Shown in pieces: positions 9,673-18,077 of a DNA stretch of 64,000 bases; positions within the stretch are counted from its first letter, which is position 1; the number at the start of each line of letters is the position of its first letter. The translations under genes were made by a program, and so were the position numbers. The notes under the pieces are model-generated. The model worked only from the letters and a program-made list of their open reading frames with translations, was not told the origin of the DNA and made no database searches. This stretch comes from an uncultured bacterium (GTDB taxonomy: Bacteria > Bdellovibrionota > Bacteriovoracia > Bacteriovoracales > CAZZBM01): positions 530,985-594,984 of the forward strand of contig CAZZBM010000001.1 in assembly GCA_964652255.1 (NCBI GenBank), given 5' to 3'.

Positions 9673-10241
9673 AAATGAATCCTCATCTCTTTTCTAATTT
9701 CTTGTATAAGAGATGAAAGAGTTTCAAAAACTCCTTCACCTTTGCTAGCAATAGCTTCTTGACTTAAATACTGTTCACAATGAAGTAATTTTTTTAGTTT
9801 TGAAGTTGGATAAATATCTTTTAAATCCCTTTTATTTAATTGAATAATCATGGGAATTTTTAAGTTTTCTTCTGTCATTATTTTTTGTAAATCCTGTAAA
9901 CTTTCTTCATTATCTTTAAGTCTTTTTCTTTGAGAATCAACAACAAAAACTATGCCATCTAAGCCTTGTAGAATGAGTTCCCGGATTTCTTCATTGATGA
10001 GTTGACCTGGAATTGTATATAAATGAATTTTAACATTAAAACCACCAAAAGAATCTCCTTGAACAGGAAGAAAATCAAAAAATAAAGTTCTTTCATTTTC
10101 TTTTTTTAAAAGATTGAGATCTAAGTCTGGTTGTTGAGAATAGTAAATATATTGTAAATTAGTAGTTTTTCCACCAAGTCCAGGGCCAAAATAAAGAATT
10201 TTTAAATGAATCTCCTTAGAAGAAAAATTTACAAAGGACAT
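9669..10241 (-). CDS. mglA: Ras-like polarity GTPase MglA
   Basis: The N-terminus MSFVNFSSKEIHLKILYFGPGLGGKTTNLQYIY is near-identical in pattern to Myxococcus MglA. Also NKRD (G4). The stop overlaps the dksA start by 4 nt. Confidence 0.85.
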   Translation of the reverse strand: MSFVNFSSKEIHLKILYFGPGLGGKTTNLQYIYYSQQPDLDLNLLKKENERTLFFDFLPVQGDSFGGFNVKIHLYTIPGQLINEEIRELILQGLDGIVFVVDSQRKRLKDNEESLQDLQKIMTEENLKIPMIIQLNKRDLKDIYPTSKLKKLLHCEQYLSQEAIASKGEGVFETLSSLIQEIRKEMRIHL

Positions 10242-10283
10242 CTAAGATAAAAGAATAAACTTTTTTTTTTAAAAGGTAAAATT

Positions 10284-10871
10284 TTAAAAACTTTGTCTGT
10301 GATCAAAAGCTTTTGCGATCGTATAAGAATCAAAATATTCTAAATGACCACCAGCAGGTAAACCTAAACCTATTCGTTCTATTTGAACTTGATCTTTAAA
10401 AAGTTCTCTTAAATAAAAACAAGTTGTTTCAGCTTCTAAAGAAGACCCTAAAGCAAGTAGAATTTTTTTAATCTCTTTTTGATCAATTAATTTTTTAAGC
10501 TGTCCTATGGGAAGATCACTTGGACCAATACCTTTTAAAGGGTTGAGTATTTGTTTAAGAATAAAATAACATCCTTGAAAAACACCACTCTTTTCCATGG
10601 CTAATAAATCTGACATGCTTTCTACGATACATAAAAAATCTTGTTCTCTGTGAGGATCAAGACAAATATGACAAAGATCTTTTTCAGTAATAAAGCCACA
10701 ATGAGAACAAAAGTTTAGAGATTCAATGGTAAGAAGTTGTTCTCGGATTTTTTTTAAATCTTGTTTAGAAAAAGAAAGAAGCTGAAAAGCATAGCGCTGA
10801 GCTGTTTTTTCACCTACTCCTGGAATTTTACTAAGGCTTTTAATGAGATCTTTTAAAGATTCTGGAATCAT
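10284..10871 (-). CDS. recR: Recombination protein RecR
   Basis: Helix-hairpin-helix IPGVGEKTAQR, a C4 zinc finger CSHCG...CHIC, and a Toprim-like C-terminus. Confidence 0.92.
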   Translation of the reverse strand: MIPESLKDLIKSLSKIPGVGEKTAQRYAFQLLSFSKQDLKKIREQLLTIESLNFCSHCGFITEKDLCHICLDPHREQDFLCIVESMSDLLAMEKSGVFQGCYFILKQILNPLKGIGPSDLPIGQLKKLIDQKEIKKILLALGSSLEAETTCFYLRELFKDQVQIERIGLGLPAGGHLEYFDSYTIAKAFDHRQSF

Positions 10872-12090
10872 CTTTTCCTATAAATGTATCAGCTAAGTTG
10901 CCAAAAACTTTTTCTAAATCTTGAATTATAGGATCTGAAAAAGGATCCTCTTTTTTTTCTTCCTGAAATAAATGATAGCCTAAATTTTCTAGCTCATCTT
11001 TGTAAAGAGAGGAATCTTTAAAAGAAGAATCAAAATAAATAGTTTTATCTTCAATAAAAGGAAGAGTCTGAGAGTAAAATTCTTGAGCTTCTTCAGATAA
11101 AAGTGTTAAAATTTTTTTCCATCTTTGATCTGTTCCTTGATAGTAGTGTCTTAAAGTTATTTTCTGTAATAATAAGGTAAAGGGTTCTTGAAAAAGAGGA
11201 CTCTTATCAATCCATTGAAGATCCTTAAAAATAACTTCAGTGCACCAGAGTAGATCTAAGTTTTGAATATCTTCACTGCTTTTTTGAAAAAAAACTTTTA
11301 AAAAATCTCTAATAAAAAATTCTTGATGAAAAGCTATGGAAAAGATGTTGTTAAGAATTTTTTTAACCTCAATCCAATTACCTTTTAAAACATAGGTAAA
11401 AAGATCATTTAAGGTCTTTTGATCAATGAGTCCAAAGTAATCTTTAAGATCTTGATAAGTAATAAAATCTTTTTGTAAAAATAGAGGCTCTACTAAAGTT
11501 AAAGCATCTCGGTAAGAGCCTTGAGCTAGAAAAGCTAATTTTTCAAAAACTAAATCTTCAGCTTCCTTAGATTCTTTTTTAAAAAGAAGTTTTAAAAAAG
11601 AAATTAAATTTTCAACTGTTGGTTCCTCACAGTGAAGAACCAATACTCTTGAGAGAACAGTAAGAGGAATCTTATGTTTTTCTGTCGTAGCAAATAAAAA
11701 TCTTAAATGCTTTGGAGGCTCTTCTAATATTTTTAACAAAGCATTAAAAGCACTTTGAGAAAGCATGTGAACTTCATCAATAAGATAAATCTTATAAGAA
11801 GCTTTTAAAGGTGGATATGAACTTTGTTCAATAATTTCTCTGATTTCATCAACACCATTATAACTGGCTCCATCAATTTCAATAAAATCAGGATGCCTTT
11901 CTAGTGAATCTTTTAGAAGCTCTTGAGCGTATAAACGAGCTAAGGTGGTTTTACCTAAGCCTCTTCCTCCTACAAAAAGAAATGGACCTCCATGATTTTT
12001 TTTTAAGGCTTCTTGTAGAAGATGAACAAGATGATCCTGACCCACAACTTCTTTAAAGTTTTTAGGTCTCCATTTTTGAGCTAATGTCAT
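10840..12090 (-). CDS. dnaX: DNA polymerase III subunit gamma/tau (short form)
   Basis: Motifs WRPKNFKEVVGQ, Walker A GGRGLGKTT, DEVHMLS, a sensor region SRVLVL, and LAQGSYRDAL. Confidence 0.9.
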   Translation of the reverse strand: MTLAQKWRPKNFKEVVGQDHLVHLLQEALKKNHGGPFLFVGGRGLGKTTLARLYAQELLKDSLERHPDFIEIDGASYNGVDEIREIIEQSSYPPLKASYKIYLIDEVHMLSQSAFNALLKILEEPPKHLRFLFATTEKHKIPLTVLSRVLVLHCEEPTVENLISFLKLLFKKESKEAEDLVFEKLAFLAQGSYRDALTLVEPLFLQKDFITYQDLKDYFGLIDQKTLNDLFTYVLKGNWIEVKKILNNIFSIAFHQEFFIRDFLKVFFQKSSEDIQNLDLLWCTEVIFKDLQWIDKSPLFQEPFTLLLQKITLRHYYQGTDQRWKKILTLLSEEAQEFYSQTLPFIEDKTIYFDSSFKDSSLYKDELENLGYHLFQEEKKEDPFSDPIIQDLEKVFGNLADTFIGKDDSRIFKRSH

Positions 12091-12095
12091 AGGTG

Positions 12096-12203
12096 TCTAA
12101 CCTTGGCTTTAAGCACCCTAGATTGACATTCTACCGCTGCTAGATTTCTCTCCTCACGGGGTTCAAAGCAAGTCTAGTCACTTAAGAGACCAAGGCAGCT
12201 AGA
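12096..12203 (-). ncRNA. ffs: Signal recognition particle RNA (4.5S type)
   Basis: The reverse strand reads ...CCCCGUGAGG-AGA-GAAA-UCU-AGCAGCGG..., the domain IV pattern (compare E. coli CAGG-UCC-GGAA-GGA-AGCAGCC). It is closed by long pairing CCUUGG/CCAAGG and CUAGA/UCUAG. Canonical position immediately upstream of dnaX. Ends approximate. Confidence 0.75.
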
Positions 12204-12206
12204 ACA

Positions 12207-12249
12207 TAACTTAGAAGAGATCTTTTTACAAGAGATCTCTTCTAAGTTA
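12207..12249. other. 17-bp perfect inverted repeat (taacttagaagagatct / agatctcttctaagtta) between ffs and the divergent ORF
   Basis: Arms 12207-12223 and 12233-12249 are exact reverse complements. Function unknown. Confidence 0.6.
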
Positions 12250-12260
12250 CCTTTTAATTT

Positions 12261-12923
12261 ATGTATTATTTCTTTTTTTTATCCTCTTGTCTTAGTTCTT
12301 CCTATCGCCCCTTAGCTTCTTCTTTCACTCTGAAAGAAATTTTAAATGATTATAAAAATGAGCCGTTTTATAGGCTTTATTATGATTTAAATGAATTTAA
12401 AAATTTTGAGAATATCTTTACAGATACAGAGAGAAAAATACTTCATGAGTTTACTTTTAGTGAATGGAATGAACAACATTTTAATCTTTTTCTTAAGCCT
12501 TTGGTTGAACAAAATTTTTCTTATTTGGGAAAGATAGACTTGTATTACTTTTTTATTATCAATCTAGAGAAAAATATTTTATCATTTAAGGATGATTTGT
12601 TAAAAATAAAAACCAAGAAAGATTTTTTTCAATTACTTCTAACTTATAAAAAATATTATGAACAAGAATATGATGAAAATGAGTTAAATATTTTCTATAA
12701 TATTTCTGATTCTAATTATCAAAATTTAATAAAAAAAAAATATTTTCAAGAAAATTTTTCAAATTCTCAAAAAGAATCTATTGATTTTTTAAATCAAGTT
12801 TATAGAAGTCTTTCTTATGTCAACATTCTTAGCTTGATAGAGGCTTATAAAGAACAAGGTACCGTATCTTTAGAAGCATCATTTGGAAAAGTTCTCAAGT
12901 TAAGATATAAAATTTCTTTTTAA
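12261..12923 (+). CDS. Hypothetical lipoprotein
   Basis: N-terminus MYYFFFLSSCLSS has a lipobox-like LSSC. Asn/Lys/Phe-rich with no recognisable motif. Confidence 0.5.
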   Translation: MYYFFFLSSCLSSSYRPLASSFTLKEILNDYKNEPFYRLYYDLNEFKNFENIFTDTERKILHEFTFSEWNEQHFNLFLKPLVEQNFSYLGKIDLYYFFIINLEKNILSFKDDLLKIKTKKDFFQLLLTYKKYYEQEYDENELNIFYNISDSNYQNLIKKKYFQENFSNSQKESIDFLNQVYRSLSYVNILSLIEAYKEQGTVSLEASFGKVLKLRYKISF

Positions 12924-13921
12924 GGAGATGAATATCCTAGTTGAGAGTCAGTATTTAATGTTTTTTTTCTAAAGTAGCTTTTAATTAATGTCATTGGATT
13001 ATTATGGGGATTAAAAGAATCGTTTATATTTATACAACCTTTAAGATTTAAAAAAATAAGATTAGAAAGAATAAATTGATCATTATCATCGATTAATTCT
13101 TTAAAATGATTTTGAGTTAAAAAATAATTTTTTGATAAAATTAAATGTTGTAAATTCGAAGCTTTTTTCAAAAGAGATAAAACTTGTTTTTTTGAGTCAT
13201 CTTTTCCTAAGCTTTGAAAAGTGATATCTAGAATTTTTAATTTTTCGATAAAAGGATTTAAAAAATCTAAGTTTTGAATAGGACCATAAAGTTTATTTTT
13301 GTTAGTTTCAATGTTTAAATCAGGTCCTTGAAGATAGAAAAACTCAATATTTTTTGTTTCCGGTCCTATAAAATCAATTTTTGAAAAAATATTATCACTT
13401 AGGTCTAGTCTTTTTAAGGAAGAAGAATTAATTTCTTTTAAAGACTTTAATTGATTATGATCTAAGTTTAGAGCTTGCAATTTGGAAAATTGAGAAAAAT
13501 CAAAAAAACATTCTGTTAGTTGAGAAAAAGACAAAGAAAGATTTTGTAAACTGTTTTTAAAAGGGAGCAAAACTTCTAGGGCAGAGCAATCAAATTTTGC
13601 ATGAGAAAATTCTACTGTTTTTAATATAGTGTCTTGATGTTTTTTAATTTGTGCTTGAGCAAGTAGTTCAAAATTTTCTTTTAATTTTTCTAGATTATCC
13701 TTGGTATTGATGGCATGATATTTTATTTCTAAAGTTTCTAGATTTGTAAATTTTTCAAGTCCATCTAAAGAATTTATTTTATTTTTTGTGTCTTTTTGAT
13801 ATAAGCTGATGTTCTCGACATCATAGTTATCTTTAAATTGGTTAATTATACTAAATTTTGTATCATTGTTATGATAGTTTTGTGAAAAAACATTATATGT
13901 TAAAATAAAAAAAATCATCAT
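12920..13921 (-). CDS. Secreted leucine-rich-repeat (LRR) protein
   Basis: Hydrophobic N-terminus. Repeated LxxLxLxxNxL units (LETLEIKYH, LQNLSLSFSQL, LQALNLDHNQLKSL, LKRLDLSDNIFSKI, LQHLILSKN). Confidence 0.75.
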   Translation of the reverse strand: MMIFFILTYNVFSQNYHNNDTKFSIINQFKDNYDVENISLYQKDTKNKINSLDGLEKFTNLETLEIKYHAINTKDNLEKLKENFELLAQAQIKKHQDTILKTVEFSHAKFDCSALEVLLPFKNSLQNLSLSFSQLTECFFDFSQFSKLQALNLDHNQLKSLKEINSSSLKRLDLSDNIFSKIDFIGPETKNIEFFYLQGPDLNIETNKNKLYGPIQNLDFLNPFIEKLKILDITFQSLGKDDSKKQVLSLLKKASNLQHLILSKNYFLTQNHFKELIDDNDQFILSNLIFLNLKGCININDSFNPHNNPMTLIKSYFRKKTLNTDSQLGYSSP

Positions 13922-13973
13922 AGTTGAAAAATAAACGATATTTTTAAGTAAAAAGATAGATTCTAGGTATTTT

Positions 13974-14381
13974 TTACTTTTTTCTCACAAGTATTTGATT
14001 ATCTTTAAAAGATTCTACAATGAGAATCTCGCCTTTTTTAGCAGGGGTTCCCTGAGCTTGCCAAATAGTTCCCATACATGACAAAAAACCTGAGCCAGAA
14101 AAATCTTCTTGTAAAAGAATCTCTTCATGTAGGGGATTTCTGGCAAAAGGATCTTCTTTTTGTTTTCTTTTTTTTAGAAGATATCGAGCAAGAAGAGATC
14201 CAATAAGAACAAAAAAAGAAAAAGAAGAAAAAAGAATATAAAGATTAGAAGTAAAAAAACCAATAAGAGAAGTAAGAAAAGATCCTATCCCAAAGAAAAG
14301 AAGAAAGTAAGTAAAGCTTGTTAATTCTAAAATTAAAAAAAATAATCCTAGAAGAAAAAAAGCTAAAACTGGTGAAATCAT
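13974..14381 (-). CDS. NfeD-family membrane protein
   Basis: Three N-terminal TM helices plus a short soluble C-terminal domain. Overlaps (4 nt) and follows an SPFH gene, the classic NfeD-SPFH operon. Confidence 0.7.
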   Translation of the reverse strand: MISPVLAFFLLGLFFLILELTSFTYFLLFFGIGSFLTSLIGFFTSNLYILFSSFSFFVLIGSLLARYLLKKRKQKEDPFARNPLHEEILLQEDFSGSGFLSCMGTIWQAQGTPAKKGEILIVESFKDNQILVRKK

Positions 14382-15304
14382 TCTTTGTCCTTTTTTATGG
14401 TTTCAAGAAGGGCTAGGAGAGGAGCAAAACTTTGCTGTGCTTCTAAGGGAAGAAAAAGAACTTTATGATTAGGTGAAGATGCCATCTCTTTTAAAGACTC
14501 AACATATTTTAAAGACATAAAATATCTCATAGTTTTATCATTGCTTGACTCAGCAACGCTTTTAATAGCATTAGCTTCAGCTATGGCTAATCTTTCTTTG
14601 ATTTCAGCTTCTTTTTCTGCTGCTATTCTTTTTCCTTCAGCTTCTACAATAGTTGCCATTTTTTGACCTTCTGCAGTAAGAATTGCTGATTGTTTCTCTC
14701 CTTCAGATTTTAAAATAGCTGCTTGTCTTAGTCCCTCAGCTTCTAAAATATTAGCTCTTTTATCTCTTTCTGCCTTCATTTGTCTTGCCATGGAATTTAC
14801 TAAATCTTGAGGAGGTTTAATGTCTTTAATCTCTACTCTTGTCACTTTTGTTCCCCAAGGACTTGTAGCCTCATCAATCACTTGAAGTAACTTAGCATTA
14901 ATAGCTTCTCTGTGAGAGAGGAGCTCATCAAGGTCCATAGATCCCATTACAGTTCTTAAACTGGTCATAGAAAGATTTAAAATAGCTTGTCTAAGATTTT
15001 CAACACCATAAACAGCTTTGGAAGGTTCTAAGATTCTAAAAAAAACTATACCATCGGTTTGAACAACAGCATTATCTTTTGTAATAACATCTTGAGAGGG
15101 AACTTGAAGAACTGTTTCCATGAGAGAAACCTTTTGTCTTATATTCTCAATAAAAGGACTAATAAATTGAATGCCTGGAGTAAGGGTTGTTTTATACTGA
15201 CCAAATCTTTCACAAACATAGTGATAACCTTGTGGCACAATCACAATCATCTTACTTAAAAAAGTAAGAAGAAAAACAACTAAAATAATAATAAAATAAG
15301 TCAT
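14378..15304 (-). CDS. SPFH/band-7 (stomatin/QmcA-like) protein
   Basis: One TM, then an SPFH core (TKDNAVVQTDGIVFFRI, RVEIKDIKPP) and an Ala/Glu-rich coiled-coil tail. Start moved to the ATG at 15304 because the track start (15379) lies inside tRNA-Arg. Confidence 0.85.
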   Translation of the reverse strand: MTYFIIILVVFLLTFLSKMIVIVPQGYHYVCERFGQYKTTLTPGIQFISPFIENIRQKVSLMETVLQVPSQDVITKDNAVVQTDGIVFFRILEPSKAVYGVENLRQAILNLSMTSLRTVMGSMDLDELLSHREAINAKLLQVIDEATSPWGTKVTRVEIKDIKPPQDLVNSMARQMKAERDKRANILEAEGLRQAAILKSEGEKQSAILTAEGQKMATIVEAEGKRIAAEKEAEIKERLAIAEANAIKSVAESSNDKTMRYFMSLKYVESLKEMASSPNHKVLFLPLEAQQSFAPLLALLETIKKDKE

Positions 15305-15317
15305 AAAGCTCCTTTTA

Positions 15318-15394
15318 TGGCGCAACCGGTACGATTCGAACGTACGACCTTCTGATTCGTAGTCAGATGCTCTATCCAACTAAGCTACGGCTGC
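15318..15394 (-). tRNA. tRNA-Arg (anticodon ACG), CCA encoded
   Basis: Hand-folded cloverleaf on the reverse strand: acceptor GCAGCCG/CGGTTGC, D arm GCTTAGTTGGATAGAGC, anticodon stem TCTGA/TCAGA with loop CTACGAA, T arm GTACG-TTCGAAT-CGTAC, 3' GCCA. Confidence 0.93.
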
Positions 15395-15455
15395 TCTAAT
15401 GAACTTTATTATGTAGATTCTTTCATATCTGTCAATAAAATGCTAAGAAAAGTTC

Positions 15456-15767
15456 ATGAATTTTTTATCCTTTCTTTTTAGGGACCCTATTGATTATAAA
15501 AAATTATATACAAAAGAAGTCATTCTTTTAGATGTAAGGACAGTTGAAGAATTTTCTAGAAAATCAATTCAAGGGAGTCAGCATCTTCCTTTACAAGAAT
15601 TAGGAGAAAAATATAAAAAATTAGATAAAAATAAAACTTATTTTATCTATTGTGCCAGTGGTGGAAGAAGCAGAACAGCCATGAATTTTTTAAAAAAACA
15701 AGGCTTTAATCATGTTTATAACACAGAAAGTGTGGAAAAAACAAAAACTATTATTGAATCAAAATGA
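15456..15767 (+). CDS. Single-domain rhodanese (sulfurtransferase)
   Basis: Active-site loop YCASGGRS (CxxGxRS) in a ~100 aa alpha/beta domain. Confidence 0.8.
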   Translation: MNFLSFLFRDPIDYKKLYTKEVILLDVRTVEEFSRKSIQGSQHLPLQELGEKYKKLDKNKTYFIYCASGGRSRTAMNFLKKQGFNHVYNTESVEKTKTIIESK

Positions 15768-15946
15768 ATTTTACAAAAATTTTTTTCTTATTTTTATTAG
15801 CCTTTATCATAAGAGATAAACCCATGGCTCAAAATTCAATCAATGTAGCATTTGAAATAATACCAGTAGAAAATGCTACTAATGCAACAACTTCTCAACC
15901 AAGCTATATAATTAAAATAAATGCTCATGATAAAAAAAAATTTTAG
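15764..15946 (+). CDS. Signal-peptide-bearing N-terminal fragment of the downstream LRR protein (frame broken at A9)
   Basis: The ATG overlaps the rhodanese stop (ATGA). Hydrophobic N-terminus MNFTKIFFLFLLAFII. Ends ...GAT AAA AAA AAA TTT TAG in the A9 tract. Confidence 0.5.
   Translation: MNFTKIFFLFLLAFIIRDKPMAQNSINVAFEIIPVENATNATTSQPSYIIKINAHDKKKF
15932..15940 (+). repeat. A9 homopolymer at a frame break
   Basis: Nine consecutive A read directly. It separates the two frames of the LRR gene. Confidence 0.95.
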
Positions 15947-16047
15947 ATTTAAGCTCTTTAAATATAGAGTATTTAAATTATTTAAAGACTTTTGATACGG
16001 TAGAAATATTAATCTTAAAAAATAATAATTTAACCTCAAAAGAGTTA

Positions 16048-16887
16048 ATGAATTTAAAGGATCATTTTCCTAATTTAAAAGAATTAGATCTATCCAGAAA
16101 TAATATTAAAGATTTAAACTTTTTAAACAATCTTACAAAATTAGAAAAACTTGATGTTAGCGGCAATCCTCTTGATGATCTGGTTATTGAGAATCACCCT
16201 TCTCTTAGGGAATTTATTTTTATGTCTAAACCAGGTTATTTTAAAAGATTTTCCTTTAAAAACTTACCTTCTTTAGAAAAAATTTATGTTACTATTGACG
16301 AAGAAAGTCCAGCTGGGTCTTTCATTTATCCAAGAGAACCTTTTGAGTTAAGTTTTTTACCTAGCTTAAAAACACTATATATGGACGCTATTTCTCATTA
16401 TAAATTTCATCTTGAAGGAGATTTTTCTGCTTTAAAATATTTAACTTATAGACAGACTAAAGTTCGTTATCTTGATTTTCTTTATTTTTTTCCTAATATT
16501 GAAGTTTTGGATCTTTCTTATAATGACATTGATGAATTTAACCCTTTAACATATTTAAAAAAATTAAAAGTTTTAGATCTCACTTTTAATCCCTTAATTG
16601 ATCTTCCAGAAAATTTATCTCCCGTTTTGCAGATTGTTTTTTTAGATAGAAGTACTGTGACAGGACTTCATCCTCTTTTAGCGATTCCCTCTGTTGAATT
16701 TATTTCTGCTGATTCATGCTCTTGGATTAAAAAGATGATTCCAGAATATAAACCTATTATGGGGGAAAAAGAAGTTAGTCTTTATGGGTCTTTTAGTGGA
16801 TTAACAACACAGGAAAGAAAAACTATTAATGTAGAAAAAAAAGCTCTAGAAGAAGTAGGAGTTAGGGTTTATACTGATGATTTTTAA
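16048..16887 (+). CDS. LRR protein (frame is open and LRR-like from 15934)
   Basis: LRR units LKELDLSRNNIKDLNFL, LEKLDVSGNPL, IEVLDLSYNDIDEFNPL and LKVLDLTFNPL. The upstream in-frame sequence KKILDLSSLNIEYLNYLKTFDTVEILILKNNNLTSKEL is also LRR-like. Confidence 0.75.
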   Translation: MNLKDHFPNLKELDLSRNNIKDLNFLNNLTKLEKLDVSGNPLDDLVIENHPSLREFIFMSKPGYFKRFSFKNLPSLEKIYVTIDEESPAGSFIYPREPFELSFLPSLKTLYMDAISHYKFHLEGDFSALKYLTYRQTKVRYLDFLYFFPNIEVLDLSYNDIDEFNPLTYLKKLKVLDLTFNPLIDLPENLSPVLQIVFLDRSTVTGLHPLLAIPSVEFISADSCSWIKKMIPEYKPIMGEKEVSLYGSFSGLTTQERKTINVEKKALEEVGVRVYTDDF

Positions 16888-16944
16888 AATTTAATAGGAT
16901 TAAAAATTTGATCTTTTTTTTAAAAAATGTCATCATAAGCCTTT

Positions 16945-17127
16945 ATGTTTTTTATTATTTTTTTTCTAAAGCTCTTTCTTCTTTCTTGCTCTACCCAGCA
17001 AGATAAACAATTTGATCCTCTTGATTCTTTTGTACCTTCTACAAACAAAGATGTTCAAGCTTATGATTCAGAAGAAGAGGTTTCAGTTCATACTTTAGAT
17101 AAAGATGAACGTTCTATATTTGATTGA
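16945..17127 (+). CDS. Small putative lipoprotein (60 aa)
   Basis: MFFIIFFLKLFLLSCSTQQ has the lipobox LLSC. The acidic tail overlaps the nagZ 3' end convergently. Confidence 0.4.
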   Translation: MFFIIFFLKLFLLSCSTQQDKQFDPLDSFVPSTNKDVQAYDSEEEVSVHTLDKDERSIFD

Positions 17128-18077
17128 ACTCTATTTATCTTTTCTATTTTTTTTAAAAGAAAATTTTCATTCAATTCTCCATTTTTAATAGCTTGTTCAA
17201 TGATTTTATTAACTTGATTAACAAGATTTGGTTGAAATTCTTCTGGATATTTTACTCTCATTTTTCCACTAGAAGCAAGGTCATTTTGAGAAAATAAAAG
17301 AAGATCATGTCCTGATTTTAAAGAGAATATTACTCTTTCTTTTAAGGAGTAATTTAAAAGTGCTCCCATATGAAGATCATCAGTAATAAGTAGCCCAGGA
17401 TAATTTTTTAAATGCTGCTTAATAAAATCTTTATCAAAAGTAATAGGTAAAGCATTTTCTTTTAAAAGAACATGAGCAGAAAGAATACAAGGGCTTTTTA
17501 GTTTTAAAAAAGGTTCTAATTCTTTTTTTTGATAGTTTTCTAAATAAAAAAGTCCTTGGTGTGAATCTTGATTGAGAGTAGCACTTCCATGACCTGGAAA
17601 ATGTTTAATGCAGGAGAGAATTCCTACTTCATTGTAAGCTTTAATAAAATCTTCAGCTATAGAAATAATTTTTTTAGTATCATCAGAAAACGCTCTATTT
17701 TTCATAATAGAGTTTTTGTCCCAAAGATCAACTAGAGGAGAATAATTAAGATTAATTCCAAGATTTTTTAAAAATAAAGCTTGTTCTTTAAAGTAAGCAT
17801 AGCGTTCAGGAGAGTTCATTTTGGAAACAAGAGTAGGATCTTTAAAAGAATAATGATCTTTTAATCTGTTTACTGAAGGGCTTTCAAAATCTGTAGAAAG
17901 AATTTGATTCTTTGGAAATTGAGCTAAAAAATTTTTAATTTCTTCTAGATTTTTGCTCTTAAAATCCGAATAAAAAAAGATATAACCAGCTTGGTTGCTG
18001 TTGATTTCTTCCATAAAAGAAGTAACACAAAGTTTTTCAAACATATTCTTAGTTATAGCTTTTTTTTTTACAATCAT
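17088..18077 (-). CDS. nagZ: Glycoside hydrolase family 3 beta-N-acetylglucosaminidase (NagZ-like)
   Basis: Motifs IKHFPGHGSATLNQDSH and ITDDLHMGAL. No signal peptide. The true start may be an internal Met (MFEKL or MEEIN). Confidence 0.8.
   Translation of the reverse strand: MIVKKKAITKNMFEKLCVTSFMEEINSNQAGYIFFYSDFKSKNLEEIKNFLAQFPKNQILSTDFESPSVNRLKDHYSFKDPTLVSKMNSPERYAYFKEQALFLKNLGINLNYSPLVDLWDKNSIMKNRAFSDDTKKIISIAEDFIKAYNEVGILSCIKHFPGHGSATLNQDSHQGLFYLENYQKKELEPFLKLKSPCILSAHVLLKENALPITFDKDFIKQHLKNYPGLLITDDLHMGALLNYSLKERVIFSLKSGHDLLLFSQNDLASSGKMRVKYPEEFQPNLVNQVNKIIEQAIKNGELNENFLLKKIEKINRVQSNIERSSLSKV

Noticed and set aside
10840-12090. Programmed ribosomal frameshift site in dnaX (tau/gamma)
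   Set aside because: The gene is already short (416 aa). I saw no A-AAA-AAG heptamer with a downstream hairpin, so there is nothing to support it.
15059-15259. 66-aa plus-strand ORF antisense to the SPFH gene
   Set aside because: Nested antisense ORF with no signals.
14378-15379. Track version of the SPFH ORF with a 25-aa N-terminal extension (MDRASDYESEGRTFESYRLRHKRSF)
   Set aside because: The extension is the reverse-strand reading of tRNA-Arg (15318-15394). The Met at 15304, directly before the TM helix, is the plausible start.
15836-16039. 67-aa minus-strand ORF across the LRR frame-break region
   Set aside because: Antisense to sequence that reads as a signal peptide plus LRR units on the plus strand.
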